64,000 bases of DNA from Vulcanimicrobiota bacterium (lineage in GTDB: Bacteria > Vulcanimicrobiota > Vulcanimicrobiia > Eremiobacterales > Eremiobacteraceae). The notes under the pieces are model-generated. The model was not told where the DNA came from. It was given only the letters and a program-made list of their open reading frames with translations, and did no database searches. Positions 19,702-30,696 of the stretch are shown here, one piece after another. Numbering within the stretch: the first letter of the stretch is position 1; every line of letters begins with the position of its first letter. The stretch is from positions 1,376,001 to 1,440,000 of the forward strand of contig CAWETU010000001.1 in the NCBI GenBank assembly GCA_963812135.1, given 5' to 3'. Position numbers and translations under genes: made by a program.

Positions 19702-20658
19702 ATGCCGACGCTCGGAGTCATCTTCCCGGGCCAAGGATCGCAGACCGTCGGAATGGGCGTCGACGTCGCGCAACGCTATGCGGCGTCAGCAGTTTGTTTC
19801 GAGCGCGCGTCGCGCGTGCTTGGTTACGATCTGCTCGAACTGTGCCGCAACGGCTCGGACGAGCAACTGCGCGAGACGCGCGTCAGCCAGCCGGCCATTT
19901 TCACCGCCAACGTCGCCATCTATCGCGCCGTGGAGACGCTGGGGCTGAGTCCGGTCGTCTCTGCCGGCCACTCGTTCGGAGAGTACTGCTCGCTCACCAT
20001 CGCAGGCTCTCTCGCGTTCGACGACGCGTTGCGCCTGGTCAACCAGCGCGGCCTTGCGATGGGCGCCGCGGCGGACCAAGCGCCGGGCAGTATGGCCGCG
20101 ATCATCGGCTTCGAGCAAGCGCGCGTCGAGGAGATGTGCGAGCAAGCACGGCGCGCGAGCGGCGCGCGCGTCGATATCGCGAATCTGAACGCGCCCATCC
20201 AGATCGTGGTCTCGGGCGACGTCGCGGGAGTCGATGCCTTATGCGAGCTGGCACGCGCGGGCGGCGCCAAACGCGTCGTCGTGCTCAACGTGTCGGGCGC
20301 GTGGCACAGCGAATTGATGCGCCCGGCGGTGGCGCTCTTCGCCACATCGGTCGAACAGGCGGCGATGGGCCTGCCGGTGTTCGACGTCATCAGCAATGTC
20401 GAAGTACAGCCCTATCGCTCGGTCGAGCAAATCCGCCGCTGCTTGATCGCGAGCATCGTGTCGCGCGTCCGCTGGCACGAAACCGCTGTCGCGCTGGCGG
20501 CCTACGCGCCGGACTTCATCGTCGAATGTGGCGCGAGTCCGGTGCTCGCGCCGATGATGCGCCGCTTGCCGGGCGTCGCCGCGGAGCGCGTCATCCACAT
20601 CGCGGATTCTGAAGGCGTCGCCAAGCTGGCGAACGCCGCGCGGATTCCGGCGTCGTGA
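19702..20658 (+). CDS. fabD: Malonyl-CoA:ACP transacylase
   Basis: FPGQGSQ, GHSFGE, VSGAWHS. Confidence 0.95.
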   Translation: MPTLGVIFPGQGSQTVGMGVDVAQRYAASAVCFERASRVLGYDLLELCRNGSDEQLRETRVSQPAIFTANVAIYRAVETLGLSPVVSAGHSFGEYCSLTIAGSLAFDDALRLVNQRGLAMGAAADQAPGSMAAIIGFEQARVEEMCEQARRASGARVDIANLNAPIQIVVSGDVAGVDALCELARAGGAKRVVVLNVSGAWHSELMRPAVALFATSVEQAAMGLPVFDVISNVEVQPYRSVEQIRRCLIASIVSRVRWHETAVALAAYAPDFIVECGASPVLAPMMRRLPGVAAERVIHIADSEGVAKLANAARIPAS

Positions 20659-21401
20659 GTCGGCCGCTCGAGGGCAAGACCGCCCTGGTCACCGGCGCGG
20701 GGACCGGTATCGGGCGCGCCATCGCGCACGCTTTTGGCGCGGCGGGTGCAACTGTGATGCTCGCCGGGCGCAGGCGCGAACCGCTCGAATCCGTCCGGCA
20801 GGAGGTCGAGGCAGCCGGCGGAATGGCGCACCTGCACGTGGCCGACGTCTCGGAACAGCCGCAGGCCGCAGGGCTGGTCGAGGCAGCGGCCAAGACGCTC
20901 GGCCGCTTGGACATCCTCGTCAACAACGCCGGCCGAACCTACGATCAGCTCATCTTGAGGATGAAATGGGATGAGCTAGAGAAAACGCTCGCGACCAACC
21001 TGCAATCGATGTTCTACACGTGTGCGGCGGCGGGCAAGGTCATGCTCGGGCAGAGGAGCGGCTCCATCATCAATATCACTTCCGTCGTCGCGCTGACGGG
21101 AAATGCAGGACAGAGCGCGTATGTCGCTTCTAAGGCCGGGGTGATCGGGCTGACGAAGTCGCTCGCGCAAGAATTCGGGTCGCGCAGCATCCGCGTCAAC
21201 GCGATCGCGCCCGGGTTCATCGAGACCGAGATGACCGCGTCGCTGACCGACGAGCTCAAAGCGCAATATCTCTCGCGCGTGCCGCTTCGGCGCTTCGGCA
21301 CGGCCGATGAAGTGGCGCGGGTCGCGGTGTTCCTCGGTTCGGACGCCGCGGCATACATGACCGGGCAGACACTGGCCGTCGACGGCGGCCTTCACATGTA
21401 G
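20655..21401 (+). CDS. fabG: 3-oxoacyl-ACP reductase
   Basis: [23 protein letters not shown]. Confidence 0.9.
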   Translation: MSRPLEGKTALVTGAGTGIGRAIAHAFGAAGATVMLAGRRREPLESVRQEVEAAGGMAHLHVADVSEQPQAAGLVEAAAKTLGRLDILVNNAGRTYDQLILRMKWDELEKTLATNLQSMFYTCAAAGKVMLGQRSGSIINITSVVALTGNAGQSAYVASKAGVIGLTKSLAQEFGSRSIRVNAIAPGFIETEMTASLTDELKAQYLSRVPLRRFGTADEVARVAVFLGSDAAAYMTGQTLAVDGGLHM

Positions 21402-21460
21402 CGACGCGTTCCGCGGAACGCGCGCCACAGACACCGATCAATGGAGGTAACGAATCGCTG

Positions 21461-21700
21461 ATGTCAGTGTTCGAGAAAGTCAAAAAGACCATCGTCGAGC
21501 AGCTCGGAGTCGAGGAGAGCGAAGTGACGATGGACGCGTCGATCACGGACGATCTCGGCGCGGATTCGCTCGATCAGGTGGAGTTGGTGATGGCGCTCGA
21601 GACGGAGTTCAATCTGGACATTCCGGACGAAGAGGCCGAGAAGATCAAGACGGTCGGCGACGCCGTCAAGTATATCGAAGAGGTCACCGAAAAGGCGTGA
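21461..21700 (+). CDS. acpP: Acyl carrier protein
   Basis: [17 protein letters not shown]. Confidence 0.97.
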   Translation: MSVFEKVKKTIVEQLGVEESEVTMDASITDDLGADSLDQVELVMALETEFNLDIPDEEAEKIKTVGDAVKYIEEVTEKA

Positions 21701-21750
21701 CGCACGCGCGCGGCCCCGCCCAGCTCCCGCACCCGCGCTAAGCTAGGTCG

Positions 21751-23058
<1,308 letters not shown>

Positions 23059-23068
23059 AGGAGATATT

Positions 23069-23371
23069 TTGGCCGTCAAGATCAGGTTGCGCCGCACGGG
23101 CGCGAAGAAACAACCGTCCTATCGCGTGGTGGTCGCTGATTCGGGCTCGCCGCGCGACGGCCGGTTCATCGAGATCATCGGACACTTCAATCCGCGCCGG
23201 GAACCGGCCGAGCTCGTCATCGACGAGGCGAAGGTCAAGCAGTGGCTCGGCAACGGAGCGCAGCCATCCGACACCGTCGCACGCCTGCTCGCCGGCAAGG
23301 GTTTGTACGACCAGGCCAAGGTGCCGATGCGCAAACCGCGCGAGAAGCGCAAAGGAAAATCCAATGCCTGA
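23069..23371 (+). CDS. rpsP: 30S ribosomal protein S16 (TTG start)
   Basis: [37 protein letters not shown]. Confidence 0.97.
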   Translation: MAVKIRLRRTGAKKQPSYRVVVADSGSPRDGRFIEIIGHFNPRREPAELVIDEAKVKQWLGNGAQPSDTVARLLAGKGLYDQAKVPMRKPREKRKGKSNA

Positions 23372-23876
23372 CCGTCCACCAGAGTTCACCGATATCGACC
23401 TCGATGAAGAGGACGACGAAGAAACGCCCAAACCAGAACCGGAGCCGGGACCGGCTGAGGACGGTCCGATCGACTTCGACGACGAGGATGAGGACGACGT
23501 CGACGCCGATCTTGATGGCGACGCCGAGTCCGACGCGGACGAAGACGCCCCCGAGAGCGACGCGCCGCAGGCGGCCGCGCCCCCCGCGTTCGATGAAGAC
23601 GAGGAAGACGACGTCAGAGGCGGCGAGCATGAAGGCATCGCGCGTGCCGCGGCCGTGCTGAAGTACATCGTCGAGAACATCGTCGACGAGCCCGATCAGA
23701 TCTCGATCGGCGCCACCGAAGACGATCGAGGTCCGGTGTTGCTGTTGCGCGTCGCCGAAGACGATCGCGGCAAGGTCATCGGCCGTCAGGGACGCATCGT
23801 GCAGGCGATCAGAACCGTCGTCAAGGCGGCGACGGTCGGCACGGGCGAAAAGGTCAGCGTCGAAATCATCGATTGA
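23364..23876 (+). CDS. khpA: KH-domain RNA-binding protein with long acidic N-terminal extension
   Basis: [13 protein letters not shown] motif; rpsP-khpA-rimM synteny. Confidence 0.85.
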   Translation: MPDRPPEFTDIDLDEEDDEETPKPEPEPGPAEDGPIDFDDEDEDDVDADLDGDAESDADEDAPESDAPQAAAPPAFDEDEEDDVRGGEHEGIARAAAVLKYIVENIVDEPDQISIGATEDDRGPVLLLRVAEDDRGKVIGRQGRIVQAIRTVVKAATVGTGEKVSVEIID

Positions 23877-24388
23877 GCCAGGGCGGCGGCGATGACAGCG
23901 TGCTCGTCGGCCGGGTGGTCGGAGTGTTCGGATTGCGCGGCGACGTCAAGGTCGCCGCGTCTTTATTGGAGCTGCAGCCAGGGCTCCATCTGATCGCGCG
24001 CGGCCCCGATGGAGCTGAGCGTGCTTTAGTGGTGGCGCGCGTGCGGCCCGCGACAGGGCACGTGCGCGTGCTCTTCGAGGGCGTCGGCGATGCGAATCAG
24101 GCTGAGGCGCTGCGCGGCATGACGCTGCGCGCGCGGGTCGCCGAACTCCCATCGTTGCCGGCGAACGCGTATCGCGAATCAGAACTCGTCGGGATGAAGG
24201 TCGTCGACGCGCGGCTGGGGGAGCTCGGCGCCGTGGTCGGTGTCGCCCGCTATCCGGGCGCCGACATGCTCGTCGTCGGAGCCAAACGCGTGCTCATCCC
24301 AATGCTTGAAGCCTATGGCGTGCGAGTGGACCGCGCCGCTCGGGCGGTGGCGACCGCATTGCCGGCCGGCTTCGAAGAGCTGCTGTGA
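23873..24388 (+). CDS. rimM: Ribosome maturation factor RimM
   Basis: VGRVVGVFGLRGDVKV, LVGMKV, LIP. Confidence 0.9.
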   Translation: MSQGGGDDSVLVGRVVGVFGLRGDVKVAASLLELQPGLHLIARGPDGAERALVVARVRPATGHVRVLFEGVGDANQAEALRGMTLRARVAELPSLPANAYRESELVGMKVVDARLGELGAVVGVARYPGADMLVVGAKRVLIPMLEAYGVRVDRAARAVATALPAGFEELL

Positions 24389-25299
24389 TGTTGCGCGGCG
24401 CGTTGCTCGGAGCGGCTGACAATCGCGGGCTGCAAGGCTTCGTCACGAAGCACGGGCGACGATTGGGCGCGTATCGCTTCGTGGCCGGCGAGACGCTCGA
24501 TGAGTTCATGGACGCGGTGCGGGTGACGAACGCGCACGGCATGCGCGTCGCGGCCGGGTTGCTCGGCGAAGACGTGCGCAACCGCGACGATGCGTCGGCG
24601 GTCGCGGGCGAGTACTGCAAGATACTGGATCGCTTCGCTGCCGCCGGCGCCGATGCGAACGTCGCCCTCAAGCTGACCCACCTCGGGCTGCTGATCGATC
24701 GCGATCTTGCCACCGCCAATCTCGCCGCCGTAGCGACGAAAGCGGCCGAGCACCGCAACTTCGTGCGGATCGATATGGAGCAATCGTCGCATACCGACGA
24801 AACGCTTGACATCTACCGCGAGCTGCGAGCTCGCGGCGTCGACAATGTCGGCGCGGTGCTGCAATCCTACCTGTACCGGTCAGAGGCCGATCTGCGCTCG
24901 CTGCTGCCGCTGGCGCCGAGTCTACGGCTGGTCAAGGGGGCGTACTTGGAGCCGCCGGACATCGCATTTCCGCGCAAGCGCGACGTCGATCGCAACTACA
25001 TCAAGCTGCTCGAGCTTTGCCTGCGCGAGAGCCGCTTCACCGCCATCGCGACGCATGATGATGCGATCATCGAGCACGCGATCGGGTTTGTGCAGGGCAA
25101 CGCGATCCCGGGCGAGCGTTTCGAGTTCCAAATGCTGTACGGCGTCCGGCCGAAGCTGCAAGCTGCCGTCGTCAAGCGCGGCTTCGCGCTGCGCATCGCG
25201 GTGCCGTTCGGCTCGCAGTGGTATCCGTATTTCATGCGCCGACTCGCAGAACGGCCGGCCAATGTCTTGTTCATGCTCCGGTCGATGTGGCGCGGATGA
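24385..25299 (+). CDS. Monofunctional proline dehydrogenase
   Basis: RFVAGE, KLTHLG, IDME, RLVKGAY, IATHD, YFMRRLAERP. Confidence 0.9.
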   Translation: MMLRGALLGAADNRGLQGFVTKHGRRLGAYRFVAGETLDEFMDAVRVTNAHGMRVAAGLLGEDVRNRDDASAVAGEYCKILDRFAAAGADANVALKLTHLGLLIDRDLATANLAAVATKAAEHRNFVRIDMEQSSHTDETLDIYRELRARGVDNVGAVLQSYLYRSEADLRSLLPLAPSLRLVKGAYLEPPDIAFPRKRDVDRNYIKLLELCLRESRFTAIATHDDAIIEHAIGFVQGNAIPGERFEFQMLYGVRPKLQAAVVKRGFALRIAVPFGSQWYPYFMRRLAERPANVLFMLRSMWRG

Positions 25300-26183
25300 G
25301 CGAGCATCTCACGCGCGGGATCAACTGCGCGACGCTGACGCCGATGGACGATCTGGGCGAGCCGTGCATCGATCTGTTGATCGCACACTGTCGCTGGCTG
25401 ATCGATGCGGGTTGTGAAGGCATCGTGCTTTTGGGAACGACGGGGGAGGCGAACTCGTTCACCGTCGGCGAGCGCAAAGCGATCCTGGACGGCGCGATCG
25501 AAGGCGGCATCTCAGCGGACAAGCTCATCGTGGGGACAGGCTGCACCGCCGTGGGCGACACGGTGGAGCTGACAAAACATGCGCTATCGCGCGGCGTCAC
25601 GCGCTGCCTCATGCTTCCGCCGTTCTACTACAAGAACGTGAGCGATGCGGGAGTCGTGGCCGCATACTCGCGCGCTATCGAGGCGGTCGCCGACGCAACG
25701 CTGCGCGTATACTTATATCAGATCCCGCAGCTGACCGGCGTGTCGCTCGGTCCAATCGTAGTGGACACGCTACGGCGTGCGTACCCGGGCACGATCGCCG
25801 GCATCAAAGATAGCTCCGGCGACCTCGCTGCGATCACCGAGCTAGGCACGCGCTTCGGTCGGGAGATCGACGTGCTGGCGGGCAGCGAGCGCTATTTGCT
25901 GGCGGCGCTCCGCGCGGGCGCGAGCGGCTGCGTGACCGCGACGGCGAATGCGAACGCGGCGCAGATCTGCACGTTGTATCGCAAACGCGACGAGCCAGAT
26001 GCCGATGCGCTGCAGGCGGCCGTGGCTGCAGTGCGCGGGAAGTTCGAAGGCTATCCGATGATCGCGGCGCTCAAGGCGTTCACCGCAAGCCGCACGGGTG
26101 ATGAGCGCTGGCGCAATGTCCGTGCACCGCTCGTCGCTCTCGACCGCACGCAAGCTGGCGAGCTGAAGGCTATTGTCTCTTGA
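25296..26183 (+). CDS. Dihydrodipicolinate synthase (DapA/NAL) family aldolase
   Basis: GTTGE, PPFYY, LYQIP, GIKDSSG. Confidence 0.85.
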   Translation: MSEHLTRGINCATLTPMDDLGEPCIDLLIAHCRWLIDAGCEGIVLLGTTGEANSFTVGERKAILDGAIEGGISADKLIVGTGCTAVGDTVELTKHALSRGVTRCLMLPPFYYKNVSDAGVVAAYSRAIEAVADATLRVYLYQIPQLTGVSLGPIVVDTLRRAYPGTIAGIKDSSGDLAAITELGTRFGREIDVLAGSERYLLAALRAGASGCVTATANANAAQICTLYRKRDEPDADALQAAVAAVRGKFEGYPMIAALKAFTASRTGDERWRNVRAPLVALDRTQAGELKAIVS

Positions 26184-26331
26184 TGAATGCCAACGCAAGC
26201 ACGACCGCAAGGGCGAGTAGCACGGCAAAGATCCAGGATAGCGACATCGCATAGTGAAGCAGAGCGCCCCACCAGCCGGGAAAAACCGTGTTGGGTTTGT
26301 CCTTGTCTTTCGTCGGGTCGTACCAGTGCAT
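26170..26331 (-). CDS. Small membrane protein, 53 aa (absent from the ORF track)
   Basis: Manual translation MHWYDPTKDKDKPNTVFPGWWGALLHYAMSLSWIFAVLLALAVVLALAFIKRQ; starts 4 nt after the upstream hydrolase stop. Confidence 0.55.
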   Translation of the reverse strand: MHWYDPTKDKDKPNTVFPGWWGALLHYAMSLSWIFAVLLALAVVLALAFIKRQ

Positions 26332-26335
26332 CGAT

Positions 26336-27031
26336 CTACTCGTTGATCGAGGCGACGAACGCCTCGATCTTAGGGTTCACCACATCCGGGCGCTCCGCCA
26401 TTACGACGTGGCCTGCCCCTGGAACCTCGAGCAGTTCGCTGCCCGCGAGATGCTCGGCCAGATAGCGTGAGAACTTCGGCGGTGTGAGCCGGTCCTCGCC
26501 GCCGACAACGATCAACGCCGGCACATGGATGTCAGGCAGCCGGTCCATGTCATCGAAGATATTGCAGGCGGCATAATCGGCGCGCGTCGCTTTCTGGCCG
26601 ACAACCTGATGCCACTCCTCGGCTCGTTTGCGAAGGTCGAGCGACGCGTTCGCCGAGAGCGCGACATCCACGAGCTTGGGGATCGATGCGGGCCACTCGT
26701 TATCGACCATGTCGAAGATCGGTTGTGAGACCCGCAGACGTGCGCCGGTGCCGATGAGGATAAGTCCGGCTGCATCATCGGGAAAGCGCAGCGCCCACTC
26801 CATCGCGATCGCGCCGCCAAGCGAATTGCCGCCGACGATCGCCCGACCTTTGCCGGCCCAACGGATGTATTTGCCGAGCCATTCCGCCATATCACCGACG
26901 GTCGTCAGCGGCTCGCCTTGCGGGTGGCCCGGGAGCGAAACCGCGTCAGAATCAGGAAAAGCGGCGACTTGCTCGCGGAAGCTGTCCTGCGTATAGCCCG
27001 AGCCATGGACCCAAAAGATGCGGCGTGCCAT
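26336..27031 (-). CDS. Alpha/beta hydrolase
   Basis: HGSG, GNSLGG nucleophile, GGEDRLTP, GAGH. Confidence 0.85.
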   Translation of the reverse strand: MARRIFWVHGSGYTQDSFREQVAAFPDSDAVSLPGHPQGEPLTTVGDMAEWLGKYIRWAGKGRAIVGGNSLGGAIAMEWALRFPDDAAGLILIGTGARLRVSQPIFDMVDNEWPASIPKLVDVALSANASLDLRKRAEEWHQVVGQKATRADYAACNIFDDMDRLPDIHVPALIVVGGEDRLTPPKFSRYLAEHLAGSELLEVPGAGHVVMAERPDVVNPKIEAFVASINE

Positions 27032-27077
27032 TGGGGCGCTTTTCGGATGGGGCGGGCAGCAGCCCCCCAGAGGAAGG

Positions 27078-27106
27078 CGTACGTATGTTCGACGAACCTA
27101 CGTTCG
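27078..27106. promoter_or_regulatory. Tandem LexA (GAAC-N4-GTTC) SOS-like boxes
   Basis: CGAACCTACGTTCG (27093-27106, perfect) and CGTACGTATGTTCG (27078-27091, one mismatch) directly before a DNA-repair gene. Confidence 0.7.
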
Positions 27107-27107
27107 C

Positions 27108-28921
27108 ATGCTGGATGTCGCGAGCGCGAATGCGTTCGAGAAGCTTGACCTCTGGTCATGTCCCTTTCGGGTCATCGACATCGAGACGACGGGCAGCGTT
27201 GCGGGCAGGCATGCTGTCACGGAGATCGCGCTGGTCGAAGTCGCCGAAGGCCGCATCATGCGGCGCTGGCGCTCGTTCGTCAACCCGCGCCAGCCGATTC
27301 CGCATTTCATCACCGCGCTCACCGGCATCACCGACGATATGGTGGCCGGCGCGCCGCTGATCGGCCGCGTGCTGCCCGACGTGGTCGATTTCATCGGCGA
27401 TGCGATCGTCGTCGGACACAACGTGCGCTTCGACGCCGGTTTCATAGAGCACGAACTGCGCGCGCACGGCCACGGTGGTCTGGCCAATCCGTTGGTCGAC
27501 ACGTTGGTGCTCGCGCGGCGCACGATCGCCGAGGTCGCGAATTATCGGCTGGGGACGCTGACGCGCGAACTAGGGATCGACGTCGAACGGCATCACCGCG
27601 CGCTCGCCGACGCGACCGCCACGGCGCATTTGCTGGTGCACTGCATCCGCAAACTCGAAGATCACGGCGTCTTCACCTACGGCTCGCTGCTCGAGTACTT
27701 GCACACCCGCGCGCAGCCGCGACGGCGCGCATCTCGCAGTTATGTGTCGGCCGCGCAGCTGCCGGTCTGGACGTCGATTCTGCGCGACGAATTGCAAAGC
27801 GTGCCGTCCAAGCCCGGCGTGTATTGCTGAAGGACGCCGGCGATGGCGTGGTCTATGTCGGCAAATCGCGCAACTTGCGCCAGCGGTTGCGCGCGTACGC
27901 GACCGCAGCGATCCCCGCGGGCCCGAAATTGCAGGCCTTGCGCGGCGTTGTCGCATCATTTGACTTTCTGATCGCAGGCTCGGAATTCGAGGCGCTGCTG
28001 CTCGAGGCGCGCCTCGTCCGTCAGCACGATCCGCAGTTCAACGCCCAACTGCGCAATTACAAAGAGTTCGCGTTCATCAAGCTGGAGACGGGCATGCACG
28101 GGCGGGTCTTGACGACGACGCGGCTCGCCGCCGATGGCGCGCGCTATTATGGGCCATATCGCAGCATGCCCGCGGCCCGCGCTGCCGTGGCCGCGCTGCA
28201 AGATGCTCTCGGTTTGCGCGGCGAGGATGCGCCGGCGTCCGACGATCGCGCGGTGCCGCCGGGCCGCGCTGAAGCCCTGGTCGACGAAGCGATCGCGTTC
28301 TTGGAAGGCGGCGCTGACGAGGTGTTGCTTGCGACCGCGCGCCGGAGAGACGAAGCGGCCGCGCGCGGCAGATACGACGTGGCCAGACGAGAAGAACAGC
28401 GGCTCGAGCGTCTACGGGCGCTGCGCGCGAACCACGCCAGCCTCGAATTCGCCGCTGGCCTGAACGTGCTGGTTTTCGCGCCCTCGACCGATCCGGCCAA
28501 CGAGCAATGTTTTCTCTTCTGCGGGGGCAGGCTCAGCGGCCAATGCGTGCTGCCGCGCCGCTTGCCGCAGCGCGATCTTGCGCGCGCGACGCTCGCACAG
28601 CTCTTGCGGGATCATTACCGGCCGACGCAGGCGCCGCGATCGTTCACGCGCCAAGACGAGATCGATCAGGTCTCGATCCTCGCCGCGTGGTATCGGGAGC
28701 GGCGCGACGGCCTGGCGTACGTCGACTTGCCTGCTATCGACCCGCCGGATGCGCTGGCGACGCGCTGGGCCGCGGCGGCGCTGGACGGAGAGCGCTTAGA
28801 TGTGCGCTGGGAAATACCACAAAATCAGGCCGAGCAGCGCCAAGAAGCCGGCCGTCAGGAGATAGAACAGGAATGCGGCGCCGCCATCGTGGCTGGCGCG
28901 GTGCTCGATCTGGCGGGTTGA
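27108..28921 (+). CDS. DEDDh 3'-5' exonuclease (DnaQ-like) fused to a GIY-YIG UvrC/Cho-like nuclease; apparent frameshift ~27825, true end possibly ~28800
   Basis: DIETTG, HNVRFD, HHRALADA; PSKPGVY|LLKD..VYVGKSRNLRQRL, EALLLEARL..PQFN, YGPY. Confidence 0.8.
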
Positions 28922-28936
28922 CGTGTCTGCTCGCAT
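28796..28936 (-). CDS. Small single-TM membrane protein, 46 aa (absent from the ORF track)
   Basis: Manual translation MRADTSTRQIEHRASHDGGAAFLFYLLTAGFLALLGLILWYFPAHI; GGGTGAG upstream. Confidence 0.5.
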   Translation of the reverse strand: MRADTSTRQIEHRASHDGGAAFLFYLLTAGFLALLGLILWYFPAHI

Positions 28937-29103
28937 GGCTTGCTCACCCTACCGCTTGCGCTGGAAAGTTCGATGAAAATATCATCCTCCGCGGGGGCCC
29001 CCAACGATATGACGGCGCTCACGTCTAGCGAAGGCGAGGGCCATCCGTCCGTCGTACTACGTCGAACGGGGTAGCACTTCAACCGCACTAGGAACGTCCA
29101 CTG

Positions 29104-29874
29104 ATGAAGACTCGCGCCGTCCTCCTCGCCGCCTTGTTCAGCCTCGTACCCGCTGTCGCGCTTGCGATTCCGCATGCGACGGCGCCCGTCAACGTGCTCA
29201 CGAAGGATGCGCTCATCTCGGAGGGCACGCTGATCCGAATCCGCATGCTGACACAGCTGTCGTCGCAGTACAGCGTCTCGGGCGATGGATTCTCATGGGT
29301 CGTCTCCGATGACGTCAAGGTAGGCACGCGCACCGTGATCCCGGCGGGGACGCTCGGCTTCGGCGTGCTCCGCGCGTCCAATAAGGCCCATGGCGGGAAC
29401 ACGCCGGGCTCGTTGCGCCTTGCGTTCTACCCCATCACGCTGACCGATGGCACGAAGGTCGATATCGCGGTCACGCGCGCGAGCGTCGTGTTCGATTCGA
29501 ATGGGAAGAACGGCTACGCGCCGGCGGCCGACGACGTCGCCAACATGATGCTCCCCTATTTCTTCCTGTTCGACGCGCTGCGCAAAGGCCCGGATCAGGT
29601 CATCCAGAAAAATGCGGTGTTCCACGTCGGCGTGCTCGAAGACGTGTTCGTGCCCGCGACCGCGGTCGCGGTGAACGCGACACCGCCGCCGCCGCCAACG
29701 CCCAAGCCGAGTCCGAGCGCCAGCGCCGCGCCTGCGGGCGCACCGGCGAGCGGCACAGCTCCGGCCGGGACTGCGGGGTCGCCGGTTCCGCAAGCATCCG
29801 CGCCTGCTCCACAAGCCACTACTGCCGCTCCGCCACCGTCGCCCGCGCCGCAACCTTCACCGAATACGAAATAG
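29104..29874 (+). CDS. Secreted hypothetical protein with Pro/Ala-rich C-terminal tail
   Basis: Signal peptide; beta-rich core (GD.F.W.V..DV, VIPAGT, G.LRL.F); low-complexity tail. Confidence 0.7.
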   Translation: MKTRAVLLAALFSLVPAVALAIPHATAPVNVLTKDALISEGTLIRIRMLTQLSSQYSVSGDGFSWVVSDDVKVGTRTVIPAGTLGFGVLRASNKAHGGNTPGSLRLAFYPITLTDGTKVDIAVTRASVVFDSNGKNGYAPAADDVANMMLPYFFLFDALRKGPDQVIQKNAVFHVGVLEDVFVPATAVAVNATPPPPPTPKPSPSASAAPAGAPASGTAPAGTAGSPVPQASAPAPQATTAAPPPSPAPQPSPNTK

Positions 29875-29899
29875 GCGCGTCCAGAACTCGCTCCCTTGA

Positions 29900-30619
29900 T
29901 CAGCGCACGCGATTGGTCAACGTGCCTATGCCCTCGATCGTGACGCTCACTTCATCGCCGCGCTGCATCGGCCCGACGCCGCTCGGCGTCCCAGTCGCGA
30001 TGACATCGCCTGGTTCGAGCGTAAAGGCGGCGCTGATGTATTCGATGAGCGCCGGGATGCCGAAGATGAGCTTGGCGGTCGGACAATCCTGTTTCAGCTC
30101 GCCGTTGAGCCGCGTCTGGACGCGCAGCGCCGCGAGCTCGAGATCGGTGACGATGCACGGACCGAGCGGCGCGAACGTGTCGAAGCCTTTCGCGCGCGCC
30201 CATTGGCCGTCAGTCTCCTGGAGGTCACGAGCGGTGACGTCGTTGCAGATCGTGTAGCCGAGAATCACGTCGAACGCATCGGAACGCGATACGTCGCGGC
30301 AACGCCGGCCGATCACGACGGCGAGCTCGCCCTCATAGTCGACGCGCCGGCTTTGGCGCGGATAGACGATCTCGCCGCCAGGGTCGTTGAGCGCAGACGG
30401 CGCTTTGAGGAAAAGCAACGGCTCTTTGGGCAATGCGTTGCCCATCTCAGCGGCGTGATCCGCGTAATTGCGTCCGACGCCGATGATCTTCGTCGGCAGG
30501 CACGGGGCGAGCACTGTCACGCGCGCGAGCGGCCAACGCTCGCCGCTCGCGTGCGCATCGTCGCCTTCGATCGTGCCCTCGTGCACGCGTCCGTCGACGG
30601 AGAAACGAATGAGCTTCAT
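29900..30619 (-). CDS. Fumarylacetoacetate hydrolase family protein
   Basis: GRNYADH, DYEGEL, NDVTARD, KGFDTF, TGTPSGVG. Confidence 0.9.
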   Translation of the reverse strand: MKLIRFSVDGRVHEGTIEGDDAHASGERWPLARVTVLAPCLPTKIIGVGRNYADHAAEMGNALPKEPLLFLKAPSALNDPGGEIVYPRQSRRVDYEGELAVVIGRRCRDVSRSDAFDVILGYTICNDVTARDLQETDGQWARAKGFDTFAPLGPCIVTDLELAALRVQTRLNGELKQDCPTAKLIFGIPALIEYISAAFTLEPGDVIATGTPSGVGPMQRGDEVSVTIEGIGTLTNRVR

Positions 30620-30696
30620 GCGGACGCGGTTGTGCGCGCGCGGCGTGGATGCCTTCGTCGAAAGGCGCGGCGCACGGGGCCGGGTAAGAGTCGGCC

